From the NCBI GenBank assembly GCA_017938315.1, contig JAGBBV010000007.1, forward strand, positions 76,974 to 140,973: a DNA stretch of 64,000 bases, read 5' to 3'. The DNA is from Lachnospiraceae bacterium (GTDB lineage: Bacteria; Bacillota; Clostridia; Lachnospirales; Lachnospiraceae). Position numbers and translations under genes: made by a program. The notes under the pieces were generated by a model. That model was given only the letters and a program-made list of their open reading frames with translations. It did not search any database and was not told where the DNA came from. Below are positions 1 to 9,756 of the stretch, piece by piece (position 1 is the first letter of the stretch; every line of letters begins with the position of its first letter).

Positions 1-879
1 GATCAGCAAATTGATACAGGTAATGGTCAGGATAATAGCAAACAAAATAATTGCCGCCGCGGATGCGTAGGAAGGATATCCCCCACTGTCGCCGTAAAGC
101 ATGTCATAAACATAGCCTACAATGGTATTCATTTCCGCCGCATTCAGGTCTGTTCCAAATATGGCAACCACATCACTGTAAGCCTTAAATGCCCCGATAA
201 ATCCCGTAATCACCAGATAAAAAATCATGGGGGATATCATGGGCAAAGTAATCTTTCTGAATATGCGGAATTTGGAAGTGCCATCCACCTTTGCCGCATT
301 GTAATAATCCTGATTTACCGATGCCAGTGCCGTGGTTAAAATCAGAATCTTAAAGGGCATAACCACCCAGATGGTGTAAAAACATAGAACAAACATTTTT
401 GCCCAGTAAGGACCATCAATAAAGTCAATGGCACCACCGCCGAACCACATAATAATCAGATTAATAAAACCATCCGAGTACGCGGTCTTTTTGAACAAAA
501 TCATAAATACAAGTCCTACTGCCAGAGTATTGGTTACGTAGGGTAAAAAATAAACCGTCTGCAGGAAATTCCTGAGGGCTGTAATCGAATTTAGTCCCAC
601 AGAAATAAGTAACGCTATTATGGTGGACAAAGGCACCGTAATAATAACCAGCAGAAAAGTATTTTTAACTGCCTGCAAGAAATATGGGTCATGTAATACA
701 TAGGAATAATTATACGTACCCACACCAAAATAGGTCTGGGATGCCGAATTATATCCCTCTTCAAAAGAATAGATAAAAACATCTATCAGCGGATATACCA
801 TAAATGCTCCCAGAAAGAGAATTGCCGGTAATAGGTACAGCCAGCCTTTTAAACTGCTATTACTTAATTTTTTCATCAT
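1..879 (-). CDS. Carbohydrate ABC transporter permease (MalF/UgpA-like), truncated by window edge
   Basis: Not in the ORF track because no stop falls in the window. Translated by hand from ATG 879: MMKKLSNSSLKGWLYLLPAILFLGAFMVYPL...; multiple TM segments and EAA loop YNAAKVDGTS; frame open to base 1. Confidence 0.9.
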   Translation of the reverse strand, partial: MMKKLSNSSLKGWLYLLPAILFLGAFMVYPLIDVFIYSFEEGYNSASQTYFGVGTYNYSYVLHDPYFLQAVKNTFLLVIITVPLSTIIALLISVGLNSITALRNFLQTVYFLPYVTNTLAVGLVFMILFKKTAYSDGFINLIIMWFGGGAIDFIDGPYWAKMFVLCFYTIWVVMPFKILILTTALASVNQDYYNAAKVDGTSKFRIFRKITLPMISPMIFYLVITGFIGAFKAYSDVVAIFGTDLNAAEMNTIVGYVYDMLYGDSGGYPSYASAAAIILFAIILTITCINLLI

Positions 880-880
880 A

Positions 881-1984
881 TTAATCTGCCTCAAAATAAA
901 TTCTTTCCTCAGTTTCCTTATTGAAAATCAGTGTTTTATAAGGTTTTAATGCAAACCTTACCTTTTCGCTTCCCACATTGATATGATTTTCCGCACTGAT
1001 GATAGAGCGGACCGTTGGATTATGGGATAAAGCATGGGTGGATACCACGCTGATGTCACGTCCCATAATTTCCACTCTGCTTAAATCACAGCTAAAGGGA
1101 CCATTCTCATCAAGAATAAAGCCTTCCGGTCTGACACCTACATATACATCCTGGTCTTTCACACCTTCTACGGCAAGAACCGCTTCCTCACCAATGTATA
1201 AGGTGCTGTTCTTTACATAGCCGTCAAACACATTGATAGGTGGCGTTCCAAGGAAGGTTGCCACAAAAAGATTGATGGGATTATCATAGACTTCTTGAGG
1301 CTTACCCATTTGATGCATCACGCCGTCCTTCATTACCACAATCATATCGGAAATGCTCATAGCCTCTTCCTGATCATGGGTTACAAAGATTGTGGTTATC
1401 TGTGTTTCTTTTTGGATTCTCCTGATTTCTTCCCTGGTCTGGAGACGGAGTCTCGCATCTAAGTTGGAAAGGGGTTCATCCAAAAGTAGCACTCTAGGCA
1501 TTTTTACAAGGGCACGGGCTATGGCCACACGCTGCTGCTGACCACCGGATAATTCACTGGGCTTACGCTCCATCAGTTCATCAATCTGTACCAGCTTGGC
1601 AGCCTCCAGCGCTTTTTGGTTCATTTCTTCCTTTGTCAACTTATCTTTTCCCTTTAAGTTCTCCAAAGGAAACGTAATATTCTTTCTTACTGTCAAATGA
1701 GGATAAAGTGCATAGTTTTGGAATACAAGTCCAACGCCTCTGTTTTCCGGCGGCAGATTGGTCACATCATCATCGCCGAAAAAGATTTGACCGCTTGTGG
1801 GTTTTTGAAGACCACTGATTAAATTTAAAGTGGTACTTTTACCGCATCCGGATGGTCCCAGTAAACCAATCAGTTTCCCGTCCGGAATTTCAAATGTAAA
1901 ATCATTTACCGCAATCACTTCACCCTTTATCTTTTTATCACGATTGGGAAATTTCTTTGTCAGATTTTGTAATACTACCTTCAT
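881..1984 (-). CDS. Sugar ABC transporter ATP-binding subunit (MalK/UgpC family)
   Basis: Walker A GPSGCGKS, signature LSGGQQQR, LLLDEP, FVTHDQEEA, C-terminal TOBE-like region; start moved to ATG 1984 after GGAGG. Confidence 0.93.
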   Translation of the reverse strand: MKVVLQNLTKKFPNRDKKIKGEVIAVNDFTFEIPDGKLIGLLGPSGCGKSTTLNLISGLQKPTSGQIFFGDDDVTNLPPENRGVGLVFQNYALYPHLTVRKNITFPLENLKGKDKLTKEEMNQKALEAAKLVQIDELMERKPSELSGGQQQRVAIARALVKMPRVLLLDEPLSNLDARLRLQTREEIRRIQKETQITTIFVTHDQEEAMSISDMIVVMKDGVMHQMGKPQEVYDNPINLFVATFLGTPPINVFDGYVKNSTLYIGEEAVLAVEGVKDQDVYVGVRPEGFILDENGPFSCDLSRVEIMGRDISVVSTHALSHNPTVRSIISAENHINVGSEKVRFALKPYKTLIFNKETEERIYFEAD

Positions 1985-1998
1985 CGTATTTCTTCCTC

Positions 1999-2784
1999 CT
2001 ATTTCCACCATTCTTCCGGAATGGTTTCCCGTTCAATCACACAGTTAATTTCCTTTGCAAAAATTTTCTCACACACTTCAAAAATTTTCTTTGCATCACA
2101 TAAAATACAGTCTGCATCGCCAAACTTAACATTCTTTGTGGCACCCAAATACTCAAACGCAGGACGTAACTTGTCAAAATCTTCTGAAATCCAATTGGCC
2201 CTGACAGTATTATAGTGTCTGTGCATCTGTACATCTTTTATACTGCCATCCGGCATTACGATATGCATTAAGGTAGGTTTATCTGTCAGCCGGTCCGGTA
2301 CCTGTAAAACCTCATCCACACTGTGAATATAGGTGTTTCTGGTATGAGTCACTCCTAAAAGAAGTATCTTGGCTCCAATATCCTTAAGCCTGTCCCAGCA
2401 TCCTCCCGGGGGACAAGGTGAGGTGGCATTTTCTTCCCCTTTCAGGAAGTCTTCTGCCCCTTTCCCGTATGCTGCTATGCTGTGAGTTGGGTGTAAAGAC
2501 CTAAACACTCCTTCTCTTTGTCTGAAAATATTGGTAATGATTCCCACGCAAGATGGTTCTGTTTTGGGATCAAAGGTTCTATAGTCCTCTCCCATCTGTG
2601 CCCATGTGTGAGTGGGTGTCATAAATAAGCCATCCTTAAAATATTCCATAAAAGCATCTACCACCGTATCTGCTCCGCCGTCTACTTCTCCGATTGCCTT
2701 CATGGAGGAATGAACCAATAAGGCATCACTCTTTGCCAGTCCCATGCCGGCAATGTCCTTTAACAAGTCCTCTTTTGTGTACAT
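1999..2784 (-). CDS. AAC(3)/YokD-family (Antibiotic_NAT) N-acetyltransferase
   Basis: LLVHSSM, PTHTW, RSLHPTHSIAAYG and ILLLGV...NTYIH motifs; start set at ATG 2784 by TGAGGT RBS. Confidence 0.85.
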   Translation of the reverse strand: MYTKEDLLKDIAGMGLAKSDALLVHSSMKAIGEVDGGADTVVDAFMEYFKDGLFMTPTHTWAQMGEDYRTFDPKTEPSCVGIITNIFRQREGVFRSLHPTHSIAAYGKGAEDFLKGEENATSPCPPGGCWDRLKDIGAKILLLGVTHTRNTYIHSVDEVLQVPDRLTDKPTLMHIVMPDGSIKDVQMHRHYNTVRANWISEDFDKLRPAFEYLGATKNVKFGDADCILCDAKKIFEVCEKIFAKEINCVIERETIPEEWWK

Positions 2785-2792
2785 CACAGACC

Positions 2793-4166
2793 TCAACTTT
2801 CTTCAAACAGATTGTCTCTTGTTATATTCTTAAGCCACTTGCCACTTTTATAGTGTTTTATAACCCATGGCCATTTTACAAACTCATCCGTGCAAAGCAG
2901 GAAATATACCCAGATAACCGGAAGTTTTAATACGAAAGCCGCAAAAAAACCAAGTGGCACTGCATATACCCACATATCAATGGTATCGCAGATAAATCCA
3001 AACCGGCTGTCACCGCCTGCCCTGAAGATTCCGGCAATCAAGGTTGTATTTACCGCAGTACCCATAATGTAATAGGTGTTAATCAAAAGCATGTATTTTA
3101 AATAATGCATCGCGGTTTCTGTGAGGGTTGCATAGTGTAAAACAAAAGGAGTTGCTACCAGAACAATAAGACCTCCGATAATTCCGCTTGCAACAGTAAG
3201 CTTCATTACTTTTTTTGCTCCATCAAGTGCATCTTCCATGCGGTTTTCCCCGATGATATTACCTACCAATATTCCACCTGCGCTGGCAACACCAAAGCAC
3301 AAAATCGTTCCGAAGTTTCTTACCACAACCACAAAGGAATTAGCTGCCACCGCATCGCTTCCCATGTGTCCGATAATCACGGAGTACATTGAAAAAGCAA
3401 GTCCCCAGACAATATCATTGCCAAGTGCCGGAAGAGATAATTTCAAAAAGTCCTGGAACAACAATTTGTTCTTTACAAAAATTGCCGTCAAACGTAGTTT
3501 GATATCCTTACTGTATGCAGATACCACAAAGCATCCGATAAGTTCTATTACACGGGATATAGATGTAGCAAGCGCAACTCCTGCCACTCCAAGCTTCGGC
3601 GCTCCAAATAATCCGAAAATGAATACTGCATTTAACAAAATATTTAAGGAAAATGCCATGGTATTTAATATAGTACACACCATAACTCTTCCGATACTTC
3701 GAAGTACGGAAAGATATACTTCAATGACACCCCAACACAAATAACTCACACTGACAATACGCAGGTACTGTGCACCAAGTGTAATCAATTCCGGGTCGTT
3801 TGTAAAAATAAGCATCATCTGTTTTGGAATGAGAAACGATGCTGCTGCAAATAACACCGAACTGGTAATGGAAAAGCGCAAGGCAATCCCCTGCACGGTC
3901 TCTATCGCCTTCCTATCTCCTTTTCCGTAGTACTGGGCACAAAGCATGGTGGCCCCGGTTCCCAAACCATAAAAGACACTGAATAAAATGCCTGCATACT
4001 GGGTCGCCAGTGATACTGCTGAAATGGCTGACTGTCCCACATAATTGAGCATCACAACGTCTGCTGAACTTACCGCCGCACTTAATAAATTTTGTAACAC
4101 AATAGGAATCACAAGTTTAAATATCTGCCTGTAAAATTTATCTTTTTTAATCTTCTGTAACATCAT
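2793..4166 (-). CDS. MATE family efflux transporter
   Basis: About 12 TM segments; ADVVMLNYVGQSAISAV, AQYYGKGD, LGVAGVALAT, GIFRAGGD. Confidence 0.92.
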   Translation of the reverse strand: MMLQKIKKDKFYRQIFKLVIPIVLQNLLSAAVSSADVVMLNYVGQSAISAVSLATQYAGILFSVFYGLGTGATMLCAQYYGKGDRKAIETVQGIALRFSITSSVLFAAASFLIPKQMMLIFTNDPELITLGAQYLRIVSVSYLCWGVIEVYLSVLRSIGRVMVCTILNTMAFSLNILLNAVFIFGLFGAPKLGVAGVALATSISRVIELIGCFVVSAYSKDIKLRLTAIFVKNKLLFQDFLKLSLPALGNDIVWGLAFSMYSVIIGHMGSDAVAANSFVVVVRNFGTILCFGVASAGGILVGNIIGENRMEDALDGAKKVMKLTVASGIIGGLIVLVATPFVLHYATLTETAMHYLKYMLLINTYYIMGTAVNTTLIAGIFRAGGDSRFGFICDTIDMWVYAVPLGFFAAFVLKLPVIWVYFLLCTDEFVKWPWVIKHYKSGKWLKNITRDNLFEES

Positions 4167-4197
4167 TTATGCCTTTCTGTCTTTATGTACTCATCTT

Positions 4198-4845
4198 TTA
4201 TAAACAAACTTCAACTATTTCAATCGCTTCTTTTTGTTTCATACATGCACTTATGGCATATTCCGGTAATTTATCTATTTTTATCACCTGATAGCTGACT
4301 GTTTCGTCATGATCTTTAATCTGCTCTTTTTCCTTATCAATTGTAAAGGTATCAATTCCCTGTTTCATTCCCTGCCCGGTGTATTTTATATAACTTTCCT
4401 TGATACTCCACAATTCAAAAAACAGCTGTTCATATTGTGTATGTCCTTCTACTGATTCAAGCATTTCACATTCTTCCTTGGTAAAGAACCGTTTTGCAAG
4501 TCCTTCTTTCACTGTAACATACTGCTGCACATCAAGCCCCACCTCTTGCCCTGAAACAAGACATGCGACAACCGTTCCCGAATGTGACAGGTTAAAATAC
4601 AGGTTTTTATAATCCTTTAAATATGGTTTTCCCTGGTTCTTGTATACATATTGTAAATCCAGGACATCCTCGCCACCAACTGCCCTTTGCAAAAGATATC
4701 CTGCAAGCAAACTACGCACCCTGGCCGTAATGTCCCGGGTGCGTGTAATTTTTGACAATCGTTCACTGTCTACTTTATCTGCATATTGATTTAGAATTTC
4801 TTCCTTGTCTGCGGTAGAAAAATCTACATAATAAAGAATTGCCAT
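4198..4845 (-). CDS. Sfp-type 4'-phosphopantetheinyl transferase
   Basis: GKPY, FNLSHSG, VGLDVQ and FFELWSIKESYIKYTGQG motifs; 215 aa. Confidence 0.9.
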   Translation of the reverse strand: MAILYYVDFSTADKEEILNQYADKVDSERLSKITRTRDITARVRSLLAGYLLQRAVGGEDVLDLQYVYKNQGKPYLKDYKNLYFNLSHSGTVVACLVSGQEVGLDVQQYVTVKEGLAKRFFTKEECEMLESVEGHTQYEQLFFELWSIKESYIKYTGQGMKQGIDTFTIDKEKEQIKDHDETVSYQVIKIDKLPEYAISACMKQKEAIEIVEVCL

Positions 4846-4860
4846 TGTTACTCTCCATTT

Positions 4861-6120
4861 TTATTTGAGAGGGTTTTTATAAAATTCCTTAAAGTCATTG
4901 TAACCGTCTTTCATCAACTGCTCTTTCTGGAACTTTTTATTCTTGTTCATGCGGACTACCAATACCTGATTGCCATTCTGGCGGTCTGCCTGTGCCTGCG
5001 CAATCACTTTACACAGTTCTTCACTTGGAAGTCCCTTCTCTAATAAGTAAGCAACCTTTGCCGGCTGGGAAGGTACCTTAAATCCGCTTTCCATAAGAAG
5101 CAGGATAATTCTCTCAAAGCCGATGGAAAAGCCACAGGCCGGTACATCATTGCCTGTAAACTTACCAACCATCTTGTCATATCTTCCGCCGCCACCACAG
5201 CTTCCGCCAAACTCGGGCATGGCAATCTCAAAGATGGTTCCTGTATAGTAGGACATACCTCTTACTAAGGTAGGGTCAAATACTAATTCAAAGTCTGCAT
5301 TCTTGGTGGCTGTTACACTGTCCATAATCTCCTGAAGACCAACTCTTACTTCTTCCTCCATGTAATCTCCCAAGGTATTTGCAAGGTATGTCAGACCGTT
5401 TTCTGCATCTTCCATTCCCTTAAATAAACTTAAATATTTATCAATGCTTTCTTTTGCAAATCCACTTTCAAAAAGTTCTGCTTCCACACCTTCAAGACCA
5501 ATCTTGTCCATCTTATCAAGTGTAATAAATACGCTGTCATAAGATTCTTCTGCAAATCCGCTGTATGCTGCCATAGCTTTTAAGATTTTTCTGTCATTGA
5601 TACGGATCTGGAAGTTTTTAAATCCCAATTTACCAATGGTTGTGGTAGTGGCCAAAATCAATTCGATTTCTGCCAGATTGGAAGGTTCTCCCAAAATGTC
5701 AATGTCGCACTGCATAAACTGACGGTAACGTCCTCTCTGGGGTCTGTCCGCACGCCATACATTTCCCATCTGAAGTGCCTTAAAGGGAGAGGGCAACTCA
5801 TTGGCATGGTTGGAATAGTAACGTACAAGAGGCACGGTAAGATCATATCTAAGTCCGCCGTCCACCAAATCATTTTCACACTGTGCGGTTTCCAGATTCA
5901 GCTTCTCGCCTCTCTTTAATATTTTAAAAATCAGTTTTTCATTTTCGCCGCCCTGTTTATTGCTTAAGTTTTCAATATGCTCTACACAGGGAGTTTCAAT
6001 GGATGTAAAACCAAACTTTCCGTAGGTCTCCTTAATTACACTGATTACATAATCTCTTATCTGCATTTCTTCAGGCATAATATCCTTCATGCCTGTTACA
6101 GGTTTTTTGCTTAATGCCAT
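4861..6120 (-). CDS. hisS: Histidine--tRNA ligase
   Basis: GMKDIMP, LRYDLTVP, RADRPQRGRYRQFMQCDIDI, VRGMSYYTG, GGGGRYD, GFSIGFERI. Confidence 0.97.
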   Translation of the reverse strand: MALSKKPVTGMKDIMPEEMQIRDYVISVIKETYGKFGFTSIETPCVEHIENLSNKQGGENEKLIFKILKRGEKLNLETAQCENDLVDGGLRYDLTVPLVRYYSNHANELPSPFKALQMGNVWRADRPQRGRYRQFMQCDIDILGEPSNLAEIELILATTTTIGKLGFKNFQIRINDRKILKAMAAYSGFAEESYDSVFITLDKMDKIGLEGVEAELFESGFAKESIDKYLSLFKGMEDAENGLTYLANTLGDYMEEEVRVGLQEIMDSVTATKNADFELVFDPTLVRGMSYYTGTIFEIAMPEFGGSCGGGGRYDKMVGKFTGNDVPACGFSIGFERIILLLMESGFKVPSQPAKVAYLLEKGLPSEELCKVIAQAQADRQNGNQVLVVRMNKNKKFQKEQLMKDGYNDFKEFYKNPLK

Positions 6121-6162
6121 AGTATTTCCATCCTTAATTTCTTATTTGTCTTATCCTTTGCA

Positions 6163-6191
6163 ATTTTACACTTTTTCCCTGTTTATTGCAA
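6163..6191 (-). promoter_or_regulatory. SigA-type promoter of hisS operon
   Basis: TTGCAA (6191-6186), 17 bp, TAAAAT (6168-6163). Confidence 0.65.
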
Positions 6192-6210
6192 GTCCAAGCC
6201 CTTATTTTTC

Positions 6211-6239
6211 TTGCACTTTGAATTTTTCTATATTATAAT
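6211..6239 (+). promoter_or_regulatory. SigA-type promoter of DAHP synthase, divergent from hisS
   Basis: TTGCAC, 17 bp, TATAAT; GGGAGG RBS follows. Confidence 0.8.
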
Positions 6240-6268
6240 AATTTCGGTTTACTAAGGGAGGAACTATT

Positions 6269-7297
6269 ATGTCATTTGAATTTATACAGAAATTACCTAC
6301 TCCGGATGAAATTAGGGAACAATATCCTCTCCCCGCTCATCTGGTGGAATTAAAGAAAAAACGTGACAAGGAAATCCGTGATGTCATTACCGGCAGAAGC
6401 AACAAGTTTCTGGTCATTATCGGACCTTGTTCTGCTGATAACGAAGAGGCTGTTTGTGATTATGTCACACGTCTTGCCAAAGTAAATGAAAAAGTAAAGG
6501 ATAAACTGATTCTGATTCCCAGAATTTATACCAACAAGCCCAGAACCACCGGCGAAGGCTATAAGGGAATTGTTCATCAGCCCGACCCCGAAAAGAAACC
6601 TGACTTTTTAGCCGGATTAATTGCCATGAGAAAGATGCAGATCCGTGCCATTGAAGAATCCGGTCTGACAGCTGCGGATGAAATGCTTTATCCTGAAAAC
6701 TGGCGTTACTTGTCAGACATTTTATCTTATGTTGCCATCGGTGCCCGCTCTGTAGAAGACCAACAGCATCGTATGACTGTCAGTGGTTTTGATGTTCCTG
6801 CGGGAATGAAAAATCCTACCAGTGGCGACCTTACGGTTATGTTAAACTCTGTTTATGCGGCACAGCATCCCCATTCCTTTATCTATCGTGGATGGGAAGT
6901 ACAGACCAACGGAAATGACCTTGCCCATACAGTTCTGCGCGGTGCTACCAATAAGCATGGTCAGAACTTACCCAACTATCATTATGAAGACTTAAATCTC
7001 CTTCTTAATCTTTACAATGAAAGAGATTTGAAATACCCTACTACCATTATTGATGCCAACCACAGCAATTCCGGCAAGCAATATGAGCAGCAGGTCCGTA
7101 TCGTCAAAGAAGTAATGCACAGCCGTAAGTTAAACCCGGATATTCACAGTCTTGTAAAAGGTGTGATGATCGAAAGCTACATTGTGGCAGGTAGCCAGAA
7201 GGTAGGCGATGGTGTTTACGGAAAATCCATTACCGATGCATGCCTTGGTTGGGAAGCTTCCGAAAAGTTAATTTATGACATTGCTGATTACGAATAA
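6269..7297 (+). CDS. 3-deoxy-7-phosphoheptulonate (DAHP) synthase, class I-alpha
   Basis: IIGPCSAD, KPRTT, AIGARS, GMKNPTSG, LRGA, IDANHSNS, GVMIES, SITDACLGW; feedback isoform not assignable. Confidence 0.95.
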   Translation: MSFEFIQKLPTPDEIREQYPLPAHLVELKKKRDKEIRDVITGRSNKFLVIIGPCSADNEEAVCDYVTRLAKVNEKVKDKLILIPRIYTNKPRTTGEGYKGIVHQPDPEKKPDFLAGLIAMRKMQIRAIEESGLTAADEMLYPENWRYLSDILSYVAIGARSVEDQQHRMTVSGFDVPAGMKNPTSGDLTVMLNSVYAAQHPHSFIYRGWEVQTNGNDLAHTVLRGATNKHGQNLPNYHYEDLNLLLNLYNERDLKYPTTIIDANHSNSGKQYEQQVRIVKEVMHSRKLNPDIHSLVKGVMIESYIVAGSQKVGDGVYGKSITDACLGWEASEKLIYDIADYE

Positions 7298-7321
7298 GAC
7301 AAGTCATCATGATACAAAAAT

Positions 7322-7355
7322 AAGGCTTTGGAAATGTAATTCTTTCCAAAGCCTT
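7322..7355. terminator. Bidirectional intrinsic terminator between converging DAHP synthase and xerD
   Basis: 13-bp perfect stem AAGGCTTTGGAAA / TTTCCAAAGCCTT with A and T runs on both sides. Confidence 0.85.
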
Positions 7356-7376
7356 TTATTTATCATCATTATTTTA

Positions 7377-8261
7377 CTAGCATCTGGGATGTGCCATTTC
7401 ATATGCCTGTCTGATTTTACTGTGTTTCATGTTGGCATAAATCTGTGTGGTAGAAATGTCCGAATGTCCCAGCATTTCCTGTACACTCTTTAAGTCCGCA
7501 CCATTTTCCACTAAATGTGCCGCAAAGGAATGTCTTAAAGTATGGGGTGTAATATCGGCTGTAATACCTGCCTTTTTGGCATAGGATTTTATCAATTTCC
7601 AAAATCCCTGTCTGCTCATAGGTTCACCGGAACAATTGGCAAATAAATATCCGGAGGCAGAATCATGAATCATTGCTTCCCTGGTTCCCTCCATATATCT
7701 GGACAGGGCTTTCTTTGCTTCACTTCCAAAGGGAATCACTCTCTCTTTTGAAGCGTCCTTGCATACAATAAATCCAAGCTGCATATTGATATCACTGATT
7801 TTTAAGGTAATCAATTCACTCACACGGATTCCTGTTGCATACAGAAGTTCCAGCATCGCTTTATCCCGGATTTCTTTGGCATTATCGGCTTTCGGCTGTT
7901 CAAGCAATCTCACAACATCTTCTGTAGATAATACCTCCGGCAGTTTTTTCTCTATCTTCGGTGCCTTTAGTTTTTCGGAAGCATCCTCATTTACCAGTCT
8001 CTCCTTTAAAAGATAGTGATAAAGTGCCTTAATGGATGCAATGTTTCTTGAAATCGTAGCAGCAGAAAATTTATTTTTCTCCAAATAAAGTATATAAGAA
8101 TTTAAATTGGTTGCATTTATCTTTTTAACATCTGTAATTCCCTGCTCTTCCATAAATCGCGATACTTTCATCAAATCTCTGCGATAGGACAATTCCGTAT
8201 TTACCGATGTCTGCTTTTGATCATGCATATAGGTAATAAATGCATTAATTACTTTCTCCAT
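7377..8261 (-). CDS. xerD: Site-specific tyrosine recombinase XerD
   Basis: LLYATGIRVSEL, TPHTLRHSFAAHLVENGADL, LGHSDISTTQIY; conserved nudF-spoIIM-xerD synteny. Confidence 0.9.
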   Translation of the reverse strand: MEKVINAFITYMHDQKQTSVNTELSYRRDLMKVSRFMEEQGITDVKKINATNLNSYILYLEKNKFSAATISRNIASIKALYHYLLKERLVNEDASEKLKAPKIEKKLPEVLSTEDVVRLLEQPKADNAKEIRDKAMLELLYATGIRVSELITLKISDINMQLGFIVCKDASKERVIPFGSEAKKALSRYMEGTREAMIHDSASGYLFANCSGEPMSRQGFWKLIKSYAKKAGITADITPHTLRHSFAAHLVENGADLKSVQEMLGHSDISTTQIYANMKHSKIRQAYEMAHPRC

Positions 8262-8485
8262 ACCCCAAGTGCCTTTCCGGTAAATTATGTGTTCACATAA
8301 CTTATATCCCCTATGACAGTTTTTTCCTGTGAATTTACTGTCTATCGTTCATTATAAGCATAAAATAAGAGAAAAGCAAATATATTTTTGTTCGTTTTTT
8401 CGTATATTTTGTGCTAACAATGCCCAAAATACAACATATCGAAACAATAAAAACCTTGTGCCACTAGATGTTGAAAAAAATATTT

Positions 8486-9091
8486 TTAAAATATTTTTGC
8501 CATATCCGTAATGAGTAATGGATTTACATAACTCTCCAACACACAGCCAATAATTACCACTCCGATTATCCAGCACAGCAATAAAATATGTCTTGTATAT
8601 TGTCTCTTCCCCACACGTTGTACCGGCCATACACTTCTTGACGGAAAATATAAATAACTGCAATTTTGATAACACCAGGAAATCATCATAATTCCTGCCG
8701 GAATAAATAAAAGTTGTTGCGGAAAGAACCCTGCCAGTATCAGTAATATCCCTTTAAGTCCAAAGCGTATCACTGCTGCTGTGATTGCCATGCCCGTAAG
8801 CAGTCCATGCCATGCCACACACAGATATGCAGAAGCAATTCCCAAATAAGTGGTGGAGAGGAGTCCGAAAACAAAATAGTCCTTAAGCCGCTTGGATAAC
8901 ACATAGCGGAAAAATTTTCCTTCCTCCACTTCCAGATATTTTAACCTATTCATCGCTTCGTTATTAAATATCCCATTTTCCCCAAGCATTCTCTCGCTTC
9001 CAAAGTTCATAAATAAGGTTCCCACAAAAAAACTTATGATGAACAAATAAAACCATTTCCGGTAAACTATGGACTTCTGTTTTTGAAGCAT
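8486..9091 (-). CDS. spoIIM: Stage II sporulation protein M
   Basis: Polytopic 201-aa protein with FPQQLLFIP and CVLESYVNP; position between NUDIX and xerD as in other spore formers. Confidence 0.8.
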   Translation of the reverse strand: MLQKQKSIVYRKWFYLFIISFFVGTLFMNFGSERMLGENGIFNNEAMNRLKYLEVEEGKFFRYVLSKRLKDYFVFGLLSTTYLGIASAYLCVAWHGLLTGMAITAAVIRFGLKGILLILAGFFPQQLLFIPAGIMMISWCYQNCSYLYFPSRSVWPVQRVGKRQYTRHILLLCWIIGVVIIGCVLESYVNPLLITDMAKIF

Positions 9092-9156
9092 GCAAACCAC
9101 ACCTTTCCTACCATATCTTTATTCTCATTAAGTCTTTTCTATGTATATGAAAAACA

Positions 9157-9176
9157 GGCAGTGCCTATGCACTGCC
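9157..9176 (-). terminator. Intrinsic terminator after NUDIX gene
   Basis: GGCAGTGC-ctat-GCACTGCC perfect hairpin followed by a U run on the minus strand. Confidence 0.8.
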
Positions 9177-9192
9177 CGTCTGTTTTTTCTGA

Positions 9193-9732
9193 TTACTTAT
9201 TTATATATTTATCTTTGTATGCAAGTATCGCTGCTATGGTTTTGGAATCCTCAATCTGTCCGCTATAAATCATGGAAAGAAGTTCATCCACAGTATATGC
9301 TTTTACATCCACATACTCATCTTCATCGGTATGCTGGTTTCCGGGAGTAAGCCCCTTAGCCACATAGATATCAATTTTTTCATTGCAAAATGCCACAGTT
9401 GTCCGGATGGTAAGCAAAAGTTCTATGGTCTCTGCGGTATAGCCGGTTTCCTCCGAAAGCTCCCTGATTGCAGCATCCATAGTGGGTTCATCTGACGTAT
9501 TAAGTCCCCCTGCAGGAATTTCTACTGTCTCTCTCTCAAGAGCATTTCTGTACTGATGAACCATTACAAGCCTGCCGTCATCAAGTACGGGAACAACTGC
9601 CGCAGCACCCTTATGCTTAATAAAATCCCATTTTGCTATATTATTATTGGGAAGCTGCATAGTGTCCTGATAATATTCAATAATAGCACCCTTATGCACT
9701 AAATCTCTGGATAATCTCTTTATCTCTTCCAT
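9193..9732 (-). CDS. nudF: NUDIX hydrolase (ADP-ribose pyrophosphatase-like)
   Basis: Nudix box GG...AAIRELSEETG, QYRNA, EIPAG, IEDSKTI. Confidence 0.88.
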   Translation of the reverse strand: MEEIKRLSRDLVHKGAIIEYYQDTMQLPNNNIAKWDFIKHKGAAAVVPVLDDGRLVMVHQYRNALERETVEIPAGGLNTSDEPTMDAAIRELSEETGYTAETIELLLTIRTTVAFCNEKIDIYVAKGLTPGNQHTDEDEYVDVKAYTVDELLSMIYSGQIEDSKTIAAILAYKDKYINK

Positions 9733-9756
9733 ATTCTTATCCTCAAATATTCTTCT

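Noticed and set aside
1999-2784. Bona fide aminoglycoside resistance gene aac(3)
   Set aside because: Family motifs only; many chromosomal YokD-like members have other substrates, and the context is not a resistance cassette.
7377-8261. Tyrosine recombinase as integrase of a mobile island carrying the arrays
   Set aside because: Sequence and nudF-spoIIM-xerD synteny identify housekeeping XerD; no att-like repeats, tRNA or mobility genes near either array.
8352-8675. 107-aa ORF overlapping the spoIIM 3' end
   Set aside because: Alternative frame running into AT-rich intergenic DNA, with no RBS or recognisable motif.
9092-9156. SigE promoter for spoIIM
   Set aside because: TCATATA resembles a SigE -35, but no convincing CATAnnnT -10 at the right spacing; left uncalled.
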